Positions 1 to 7,936 of a stretch of DNA of 7,936 nucleotides are shown here, piece after piece (the first letter of the stretch is position 1; each line of letters opens with the position of its first letter). The DNA comes from Octopus sinensis. Its lineage: Eukaryota. Location: the NCBI RefSeq assembly GCF_006345805.1, contig NW_021828601.1, positions 1 through 7,936 of the forward strand, written 5' to 3'. The translations under genes were made by a program, and so were the position numbers. The notes beneath the pieces are model-generated. The model was not told where the DNA came from. It ran no database searches and saw nothing but the letters and a program-made list of their open reading frames with translations.

Positions 1-53
1 GTGTGTATGTGTGCGTGTTTTCAAACATACAAGCTTACTACTAACCATTTACG

Positions 54-117
54 TATCTATCTATCTGTCGTTCTGACTGTCTGTTTGTCTGCCTGTTTGT
101 TTGCCTATCTGTCTGTC
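54..117. repeat. Degenerate (TATC)/(TGTC) tetranucleotide microsatellite
   Basis: tatctatctatctgtc...tgtctgtttgtctgcctgtttg...tatctgtctgtc read directly; many interruptions. Confidence 0.7.
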
Positions 118-298
118 GTCAACATGAATTGCTCGAAATACAGATTAGAAAAACAATCAACAACTGATGAAGGGTCGTTCCTTGTGTTGCTTCTCTTGTT
201 CTCCATTTGTTTCTTTCGTTGCTTGCAAAAAGGCCCTTATTCCATGTCCTCGTACTTCGTATTTTTGTTGTTTACGTTTTGTGACGTCCTGTGCCCAC

Positions 299-347
299 AT
301 ATGCATAGGTATATACGTATACATATGTACGTATACGTATCTATATA

Positions 348-400
<53 letters not shown>

Positions 401-424
401 GTATTTATGTATGTGTGTGTGTGC
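299..424. repeat. Compound (TA)n/(TG)n microsatellite with pure (AT)22 core at 351-394
   Basis: Read directly from the sequence. Confidence 0.95.
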
Positions 425-447
425 GTATTCACGTTTATATAACAATT

Positions 448-639
448 GTTTTTCAAATTTTGACACAAGGCCTGCAAGATCGGAGGACGGGGGAATTGAT
501 TTCATCGACCTCAGTAACTAACTGGTACTTATTTTATCGATTCCGAGAGAAAGAAATATAAAGATGACCTCGGTGGAATTTGAACTCAGAACGTAAAGGC
601 GGACGAAATACCGCTAAGTATTTTGCTTGGAGTGCTAAC
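448..639 (-). mobile_element. tRNA-derived SINE remnant (octopus-type, probably Nin/Deu-domain), extreme 5' head missing
   Basis: The reverse complement of 575-587 is GAGTTCAAATTCC, a Pol III B-box. Downstream on the - strand lies TCGATAAAATAAGTACCAGT, resembling the Nin/Deu SINE core. The sequence matches my recollection of an abundant Octopus SINE; family name not verified by search. Confidence 0.75.
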
Positions 640-876
640 AACAGATGTATTGCGGTTCGCTACACCTGTTTCAAGCGTGTTTTATTGAAGAACAGAAGTA
701 TTACACTGTGAAAAAAACAGAAAAAAAACACGTTTTCATCTGTTGAATACAGGTAAAAATTAAGAATTAAAAATTTCTCAAGAACAAGTACATAGTGTCA
801 GATGACTCGGCCGACCCAAATTCAGTCAGAGTGTGAAGAGTTAAATTAATATCAAGTTTGTACACAATACCAACAT

Positions 877-973
877 CATTTGACAACCGATGCTGGTGTG
901 TTTACGTCCCCGTAACATAGCGGTTCGGCAAAAAAGGTCGATAGAATATATACTAGGCTTACAAAGAATAAGT
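877..973 (+). mobile_element. Internal fragment of a second octopus-type SINE family
   Basis: ttgacaaccgatgctggtgtgtttacgtccccgtaacatagcggttcggcaaaa...tactaggcttacaaagaataagt resembles a common Octopus interspersed repeat (recalled). A diverged inverted copy at 1303-1478 independently shows it is repetitive. Strand assignment relies on the recalled consensus. Confidence 0.7.
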
Positions 974-1056
974 AAAAGAGGAAAAGAGTAATAGCTCTAT
1001 CACCGACCCGATGTTTCACTATTTAAATACCCGATTTGCTCGAATCCTGGAAATTT

Positions 1057-1072
1057 TATATATATATAAAAT

Positions 1073-1108
<36 letters not shown>

Positions 1109-1115
1109 ATATATA
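1057..1115. repeat. Interrupted (TA)n microsatellite
   Basis: Read directly from the sequence. Confidence 0.95.
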
Positions 1116-1302
1116 GCACACACAGAATGTGTATAAGTCTCCCTTTACTGTCCGTTGACCAAGCAATAAAACAACTTGTTGACACTGCATTATCCGTCAA
1201 TTAAATATAAAACCGTGTGACTGATAGTGAATTTATTAATTTATAAATGTATTTTAATAGCAATTGAGTGTTAAGCTTTATCTTCTTATCTATTTTTTAA
1301 AA

Positions 1303-1478
1303 CTTTAATTGTTTCACTCATTGGGATGCAGCCATGCTCGGTCAGCGCCCTGAGGGCTTTACTTGACCCACACTCAGTTATTTTTTTATATCTCCTACTT
1401 ATTCTGTTGGTTTTCAAGTCGAATTATTAAGTTAAATTTACGGGGACCGGAACAAAACATCACAGGCTGTCAAACGGT
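1303..1478 (-). mobile_element. Older, degenerate copy of the same SINE family as 877-973, in opposite orientation
   Basis: 1438-1472 matches the reverse complement of 881-915 at 26/35 ungapped positions (hand count). tacttattct at ~1396-1405 mirrors the AGAATA.. core. 1303-1345 resembles the recalled 3' end of the family. Confidence 0.65.
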
Positions 1479-1486
1479 ATCGAGAA

Positions 1487-1587
1487 CGCGCGCGCGCGCA
1501 CAACACACACTCACTCACAAACACACACACACACACACACTCATACACACATACACGTGTGTGTATGTACGTACGTATGTGTATATA

Positions 1588-1623
<36 letters not shown>
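1487..1623. repeat. Compound (CG)6-(CA)n-(TG/TA)n microsatellite
   Basis: (CG)6 at 1487-1498 runs into a CA tract, then TG/TACG units and a TA tract. Confidence 0.95.
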
Positions 1624-1626
<3 letters not shown>

Positions 1627-2817
1627 AAATTCAGAGTGAATACTTGATAATGTAAGCACCTGTATATGTCAGCTAGTAGCAGAGGTGAGAGGATATATGT
1701 ATCAAGTGAAATCAAATGTTTTTTTATTTCATTTTATATATATATACCATCATGTAAAGTTTGTTATGTCGTGAACTGTGCCTCAAAATTATACCTTTTT
1801 TAGTGGTAGTGGTGGTGATGGTGGATGAAGTACACAACAGCATCAAAATTGTGTTCTCGACCTCCTCATGGTACCAATTTATAGCCAGTTGACGTGGGCC
1901 ATTGTGAGATAATTGTTAATGCGAGATAGTGACCTTTCGATAAACCAGATCCAGCCTACTGATGGATCTACGATTATCGCACACCGATCATTACTTAAAT
2001 ATCGTTGAACCAGTCGAGAGTTCACTGACCTTAACGCAGTCTTAACGAGACTTAATTGATCTTATCATCGTTACATTAACCTTCATTTGCCTGATCAGGC
2101 TTCACTAACGAGAAATAAACATTAGTCCACCATTTTGTGATTTTGTTGACATTTAAGCTTTAGTTCGGAATTTGGAGAAACATTTTAAAGAAGTTTTCAT
2201 AGAGTTTATGCCGGTTTAATACAGTAGATACATGAATTGTAGTGTCGGTGTTGTTGTTGGTGGTTGTTTATGTGTAACTGTTGCTGTTGTAGTTGTAGGT
2301 TTTTGTGAACTCATCTTAGACCTGCTTTCATCACAACCATCATACAGAAATGGTCATATCGTCTTTATTAGTGCTCTATGTTTCAGGACCTAACCCAAGA
2401 AGACTTCCATAAAACCATTAAAAAAAAATATATATATATTGGTTAGGTTCCTGAAGGAGATTTCACTGTTACTTTGACTAGAGCAGGCGACATTACGATG
2501 TGATGGCCAAGCAATATTGAAATAGTCGAATACATTTAGCGGGTCATCGAGTATTGAGTCGGTCCAGATAATTTGAGCGCTACAAGTTATATGAAACTGG
2601 TGAACATCCGTTGAGATAGCCAAAGCTGGTCAATATACAGTAAGTGGCATTGAAACAAGTTTGACTGACCTCTCTATTTCTGACCTCAAAGATATTGTCT
2701 ATCTGTTTATGACATAGAATATTGGCTAAAACCAAAAGATATATTCTGTAATACAGTGTATACATACTTATATATATATGTTTGTTTGTGTGTGTGTATA
2801 CATAAGTATTTATGCAC

Positions 2818-2998
<181 letters not shown>

Positions 2999-2999
2999 C

Positions 3000-3686
3000 A
3001 GCAGCTCTGCCGACCGGGGTCAAACTTGTGCAACTTACAAACGACTAAAGCGTTCTATAGAGGACTAGTGGAGGGGAGGTCCGACGACACACTCGGGGCA
3101 AACCTGGGCGTCGACGAGAAACTCTTAACCCGCCTGTTCAGGACGACGTTCGGGCCAGGGCCTATGGATAACTTCCAGAAATCCCTGACATGGCAATGCT
3201 ATCGAGACGCACTACCTGTTCGAGAGAAGAGCTACAGGCACGGTTCGAAAACCATCACCGGACCGACCTGCCCGAGATGCGGTCAGAGCGACGAAACCGT
3301 TCTGCACGCACTCGTGCAGTGTCCAGATATTTCAGAGCTGTGGACCTTCGTCGAACAGCCGTTGTCGCGTGTAGGACGGGCCCGCTTATCGGCCCCGAGT
3401 CTATCGTGAATATTGTTCCACCACCTTCCTTTAAACGGGAAGGAAAACGGTTTTCGTTACGCTGATGGCTATGGCGAAAGAATGTGTGTGGGGACGCGTT
3501 TGAAAGGACTCCAACAAACCCTTCCTCTCTGGTCAGTCTCTCGTCAACTTTTTCAAGTACCACTTGAAAAGGAGGATGAGAATAGAGAGGAAGGCTTTGT
3601 CGAACGAATGTTTTAATAAAAAGTGGGTAAAAGTTGCAAAAATGGTCAGTATGAAAGACGACACTATTTTAAGCGTAAATCTGTAA
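3000..3686 (+). pseudogene. ORF2 C-terminal remnant of copy 1 (CCHC zinc knuckle), frameshifted
   Basis: In frame with the 2756..3409 ORF up to ~3390, then frameshifted. Ends ...[45 protein letters not shown], homologous to the ends of copies 2 and 3. Confidence 0.88.
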
Positions 3687-3704
3687 CCAAAAGAGAACTG
3701 TCTG

Positions 3705-3877
3705 AGGTGACCTTGGTCTTTTTTGTAGGTTTTTCTTTCCAGGGCTACACCTAAACTGTGAACTTTATATATATATATTACTTTTTTATACACCACACAA
3801 CCCACAGATCCCTATTGATCAAACGTTTTTTCTTTGTGTGTCCCACCCATCCCACCTCGAAAAGAAAAAACTCTACA
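3705..3877 (+). other. Predicted 3'UTR RNA pseudoknot/triple helix, copy 1
   Basis: Stem 1: AGGTG-A-CCTTGG (3705-3716) with CCAGGG-CTA-CACCT (3739-3752). Loop strand TTTTTCTTT (3730-3738) is complementary to AAAGAAAAA (3861-3869). TCTTTTTT (3717-3724) is the candidate third strand. Confidence 0.55.
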
Positions 3878-3930
3878 TTGTATTTCGTCCATTTTTATTC
3901 GACAATTAGTGTTTAGCCCTGTGTGGCCAC

Positions 3931-3936
3931 AATAAA
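3931..3936 (+). promoter_or_regulatory. AATAAA polyadenylation-signal-like hexamer at the 3' end of copy 1
   Basis: Lies 4 nt before the (TATC)n junction; the same position is conserved in copy 2. Confidence 0.6.
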
Positions 3937-3939
3937 AAG

Positions 3940-3940
<1 letters not shown>

Positions 3941-4022
<82 letters not shown>

Positions 4023-4031
4023 CCTATCTAC

Positions 4032-4067
<36 letters not shown>

Positions 4068-4089
4068 ATCTATCTATCCCTTTGTCTGC

Positions 4090-4139
<50 letters not shown>

Positions 4140-4150
4140 TCTATCTATAT
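3941..4150. repeat. Array B: (TATC)20, interrupted TATC/TACC, (TGTC)8, (TATC)6
   Basis: TATC 3941-4020, TGTC 4090-4121, TATC 4122-4145. Confidence 0.97.
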
Positions 4151-4378
4151 TTCTGATCAATCTCTCATCAACTTCTTCAAGTACCACTTGAAAAGGAAAG
4201 TGAGAGTAGAGAGGCAAGTTTTGTCTAGCGAATGTTTTAAAAAAAGATGGGTGAATGTAGCAAGGATGGCACGTATGAATGACGAAGCCAACTTGAGCAT
4301 AGTCCTATGAACCCAGAAATTGAAAACAGAGGGTTACCCACTTGCAAACAAATGTGGTAACATATAACAATATTGACC

Positions 4379-4677
4379 GAGGTTACCGTGGTCTTTTTCG
4401 TAGGCTTTTCTTCCCACGGATAAACCTCATCTGCTTTCCCCCTTTACACCGTACATCATGACACTGTGATACACGATCCCTATTGATCGTTTTTTTTCTT
4501 CCTCTTCCTCCTTTTTCCTCTTTTTCTTTTTTCCTTTTTCTTTTCTTTTGTTTCTTTTTTCTCCTTTTTTTTCTTTTTTCCCTTTCACGATCCCTTTTGA
4601 TCGAAAATCTACGCCACTTTTTTTTGTTTCTCTTGTTTTTTTGTTTTTTTTTTCATCCCCCAAAAGAAAAGCTCTAC
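4379..4677 (+). other. Predicted 3'UTR RNA pseudoknot/triple helix, copy 2
   Basis: Stem 1: GAGGTT-A-CCGTGG (4379-4391) with CCACGG-ATA-AACCTC (4414-4428). Loop strand GCTTTTCTT (4404-4412) is perfectly complementary to AAGAAAAGC (4664-4672). TCTTTTT (4392-4398) is the candidate third strand. Confidence 0.58.
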
Positions 4678-4716
4678 CTTGTAATTTGTCCCATCTATGT
4701 GCAGCCCTATGTGGCC

Positions 4717-4722
4717 AATAAA
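4717..4722 (+). promoter_or_regulatory. AATAAA polyadenylation-signal-like hexamer at the 3' end of copy 2
   Basis: Lies 6 nt before the (TATC)n junction, after the shared motif AGCCCTRTGTGGCC. Confidence 0.6.
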
Positions 4723-4727
4723 GAAAC

Positions 4728-4728
<1 letters not shown>

Positions 4729-4825
<97 letters not shown>
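4729..4825. repeat. Array C: pure (TATC)24
   Basis: 4729-4824 is 24 uninterrupted TATC units, plus T. Confidence 0.98.
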
Positions 4826-7800
4826 GGGGGATTGGAATGCTACCTTGGACACGCATGTAGACTACGTGGGTAGAGATAGGAATAGACGGGGATGCAAATG
4901 CCTCAGAGACCTGCTCAGACGCTTTCAACTGTCTGACAGGTTCCGACTAGACCACCCGAATGCGCCAACGTGGACATGGAGCAACCGCATCGGGTCGTCG
5001 AGATCGTATCTAGATAGGATACTGTGTAGGACAGTAGACAGAGATAGCATAGGATGTCCACAATTCCACATAGTCAGCTACAAGGATCACAAAACTTGTG
5101 ACATGTACGCTAGACTTAGGTAAGACACTTAGGCAGGTCCCGGATACTGGAAACTAAACGCGTCTTTCCATCGAGACAGGTTTTCAGAGACCGGATTAGC
5201 ACACTAGTAAAGAGGGCTTTGACGGGAGCCATCATCAACAACAAATGGTGGTTTGCCCTCAAGAGAGCAGTAAAAGCAGAAGCGATTAGGTACAGCAAAG
5301 CACTAGCCATAGATAGAAATAGAGTAGAGGGTGAGCTAGTTAAGAAGCTAGAAGAGGCAATTAGAAGCGGCATCGCACCCGACGTTTTGGCGGCGAGGTT
5401 GGCCCTCGACCAACACTTCAACGCCAAACACGAAGGATGTGCTGTCAGAGCTAGGATGCGTGCTCTAAGGAACGAAGGTGTTGGAGCCGCGAGAGAGGCC
5501 CGGGTGGCAACAGGGCAACAGGGCAACAAAGCCACCATTCGGTCCCTGGTAGATGAACAGGGGCGCGAATTGCTCGAGCCAAGTAAAATGTGTGAGGCCT
5601 TTCAGCAGCATTTTGCCCGACTGTTCGGGACGAGTGGAGGGCAAGAACGTAGGGTGGACTTCAGTGCCTACCTACATAGCCTACCACGACTCTCGACAAG
5701 AAAGGCAGTGTGCTGCGAAGGTGCCATCACGGCGGTGGAAGTGCAGGACGCGATGGCAGAATGCTCGAGGGACAAATCGCCGGGTTTGGATGGTCTACCC
5801 TACGAGCTTTACAATTGTATGCCAGACTTGTTTGGAGATCTCTGGCGGCGGTGTACTGCAAACTGGCAGCAAAACGGGAGCATCCTGGTTTTGTGAGCCG
5901 AGGGCCGTAAGTTGCTGCTGAAGAAAGATCTAAACAAGGGAAATGTAATATATAACTTTAGCCCATCACTCTGGCTTAATGCAGACTTGAAAATTTTGGC
6001 CAAGGTGCTAGCCAAGAGGTTGGCGCTGCTTGTCACGAGAAACTGGTCGACAGGCGCAACATGCGCCGTGCCAGGCCGGACCATCCATGACAACCTCCAC
6101 CTGATGCGCTACATCATAGACAGGGTAGTTAACGAACCTGGCATGGGTGGGGCGCTGATCAATTTGGATCAATCGAAAGCTTTCGATAGGGTAGACCATC
6201 GATACTTGGAGGCGGTCCTCAGAGCGGCTGGCTTCGGTCCCGTCTTCCGTGGCTGGATAGCCGCTTTGTACAGAGGCATCAGTTCGGTAATTCGCGTGAA
6301 TGGACATCTATCGAGACCCTTCGACATCGCACGTTCGGTCCGTCAGGGATGCCCCCTCTCGTCGCTTCTATACGTATTGACTCTCGAGCCATTATTGCGG
6401 AAGCTGGCAACTTTGAGGGGCATCCCGCGAGAACTGGGATGCGTGACGAGCGTGACTGCATACGCGGACGACGTCACCGTCATAGTGTCTAGCCACGAGC
6501 ACATCGAGCAGGTCGGCGAGACACTGAAAAACTACGAAGCGGTGAGAGGAGCGAAAATCAACCGGGAAAAGTCAGTGGGCTTGCGACTAGGCACCTGGAG
6601 AAGCAAGGCCATGCCGTCCACCAGCGCCTCCGTCGTGGGACGCTGGACCGACGGCCCGTTGAGTTGCGTCGGGGTCTGGTTTGGTCAGGACCTCCAAGTG
6701 GAGAAGAACTGGAACGAGATAACGAGTAGGGTGGTCACTCTCGCCCGGCAATGGGCCGAGAGGAAACGGTCCCTAAAAGGGTCGGCGGAGGTGGCGAACA
6801 CGTACATCGCGTCCGTCATCTACTACGCCTGAACCGTCGTAGCTTGTCCCGACCCTACCATCACCAAACTACAACGCATTCTCTTTCGCTTCTTGTGGAA
6901 GGATGCGTCCCGATGGTCAGGCGATCCATTTGCTGTCAACACCGCTAAATGGAGGGCTGGGCATGCCGTAGTTGATGATGCGCAGACACGCGCTGAGACT
7001 GCGACATCTCTGGCTCTATGTAGACGACGGTGAACAGGTGTGGTCGCCGTTTGTGAGGCACGCTTTCCCACAGATCGTCTCTATGACGAACTGCAGTCGT
7101 GGATCAAAAAGAGCCGAGAAAGGGCGAATGGCACCGCGAGTGTCGCGTTGCTCTCAAGCAACTCTGCCGTCCTGGGTCGACCTTGAGTGACTTCAACACA
7201 AAAGCATTCTATAGGGGATTAGTGGAGGGGAGGTACGACGACGAGCTCGGGGCGAACCTGGACGTCGACGAGGAGTACCTGACCCGCCTGTTAGGACGAC
7301 TTTCGGGCCAGGGCCCATGGACAACTTCCAGAGATCCCTGCCTGGCAGTGTTACGAGAAGCGCTACCGTTCGGGATAAGCTCTACAGACACGGCTCGAGA
7401 AACACGGGGGCCGACTGCCCGAGATGCGGTCAGAGCGACCGAAACCGTTTGCACGCACTCGTGCAGTGTCCAACAATTTCCGACCTGTGGGCTTGTGTCG
7501 AACAAACTGCTGTCACGTGTGGGACGAGTCGGTTTATCAGCTGAATCTATCGTCAATATTGTCACGCCTCCTTCCTTCAAACGGGAAGGAAGAGCTATTT
7601 TCATCATCCTTGTGGCTATGGCGAAAGAATGTATCTGGTGGACGCGTCTGAAAGGATTGGAGACAAACACTTTCCTCTCTGGTCAATCTTCATCAACTTC
7701 TTCAAGTACCACTTGGAAAAGGAAAGTGAGAGTAGAGAGGCAAGTTTTGTCTAGCGAATGTTTTAAAAAACAGATGGGTGAATGTAGCAAGGATGGCAGG

Positions 7801-7936
7801 TATGAAGACGAAGCCACCTTGAGCATAGTCCTATGAACCCAGAAATTGAAAACAGAGGGTTACCCACTTGCAAACAAATGTGGTAACATAAACAATATTG
7901 ACCAAGGTTACCGTGGTCTTTTTCGTAGGCTTTTTT
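4826..7936 (+). mobile_element. Copy 3: 5'-truncated L1/Tx1-type non-LTR retrotransposon (APE-RT-CCHC), runs off the window end within its 3'UTR
   Basis: The domain order APE endonuclease, RT, CCHC knuckle is typical of L1/Tx1 ORF2. ORF1 and the N-terminal half of APE are missing. Tx1 versus other L1-group placement is inferred from motif style and apparent target specificity, not from a tree. Confidence 0.93.
4827..7836 (+). pseudogene. ORF2 polyprotein remnant (APE endonuclease C-half, reverse transcriptase, CCHC), multiply frameshifted
   Basis: APE motifs: GDWN (4827-4838), PTWTW, SYLDRI, KDH (5082-5090), then GYWKLN (5142-5159). RT motifs: KSPGLDGL, NADLKILAKVLA, LDQSKAFDRVDH, RQGCPLS (Q at 6344), YADD (6461-6472), GAKINREKS. 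Then GGLGMP, CPRC..H....C (7416-7469) and stop TGA at 7834-7836. Confidence 0.93.

Larger units (their letters stand above)
2999..3940 (+). mobile_element. Copy 1: 5'-truncated L1/Tx1-type non-LTR retrotransposon (ORF2 C-terminus plus 3'UTR), diverged subfamily
   Basis: Translates as QLCRPGS...[11 protein letters not shown]...[18 protein letters not shown] (CX2CX8HX4C knuckle, 3269-3322) and aligns to copy 3 from ~7157. Stop TAA at 3684-3686, AATAAA at 3931-3936, followed by (TATC)n. Confidence 0.92.
4151..4728 (+). mobile_element. Copy 2: heavily 5'-truncated copy (last 52 ORF2 codons plus complete 3'UTR), same subfamily as copy 3
   Basis: 4152-4310 reads [52 protein letters not shown] without interruption. 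4152-4409 is nearly identical to ~7678-7934. AATAAA at 4717-4722, (TATC)n from 4729. Confidence 0.93.

Noticed and set aside
1-561. ORFs 1..561, 157..477 and 167..442 (also 1363..1647 and 1515..1715)
   Set aside because: YIYI, HTHT and VCVC runs are translations of stop-free dinucleotide microsatellites and SINE remnants; no protein signal.
575-639. tRNA gene suggested by the B-box on the - strand
   Set aside because: No A-box or cloverleaf recoverable; the context is a SINE head.
1801-2300. Short (GGT)n-like (1801-1824) and (GTT)n-like (~2237-2300) tracts and the unique sequence between them
   Set aside because: Degenerate simple repeats; no ORF, RNA structure or recognisable element that I can support.
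2390-2623. 77-aa minus-strand ORF
   Set aside because: Non-ATG start, no recognisable motif, and length within chance expectation.
3923-4860. ORFs 3923..4156, 4483..4860 and the K/E-rich 4427..4663 (-)
   Set aside because: Products of TATC repeats and the T-rich 3'UTR low-complexity tract.
5116-7670. Antisense ORFs (5116..5538, 5809..6093, 6008..6307, 7209..7670; also 3255..3563)
   Set aside because: Shadows of the GC-richer ORF2 coding strand; no independent motifs.

Overview
Repeat-rich eukaryotic DNA, most likely from an octopus or other coleoid cephalopod (inferred from SINE motifs recognised from memory and the microsatellite content). Positions 1-2817 are AT-rich non-coding sequence with (TA)n, (CA)n and (CG)n microsatellites and three SINE remnants. 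Positions 2818-7936 are a head-to-tail array of three 5'-truncated L1/Tx1-type non-LTR retrotransposon copies, all on the + strand: copy 1 ~2999-3940, copy 2 ~4151-4728 and copy 3 ~4826->7936. Every visible junction abuts a (TATC)n/(GATA)n microsatellite. Copy 3 carries a frameshifted ORF2 (C-terminal half of the APE endonuclease, RT with YADD, CCHC knuckle). Copy 1 belongs to a diverged subfamily. Two main observations: (i) an apparent (TATC)n-targeting, poly(A)-less Tx1-like family; (ii) a 3'UTR pseudoknot with U-rich/A-rich triple-helix (ENE/telomerase-like) geometry, supported by compensatory changes between the two subfamilies. No intact host gene is evident.
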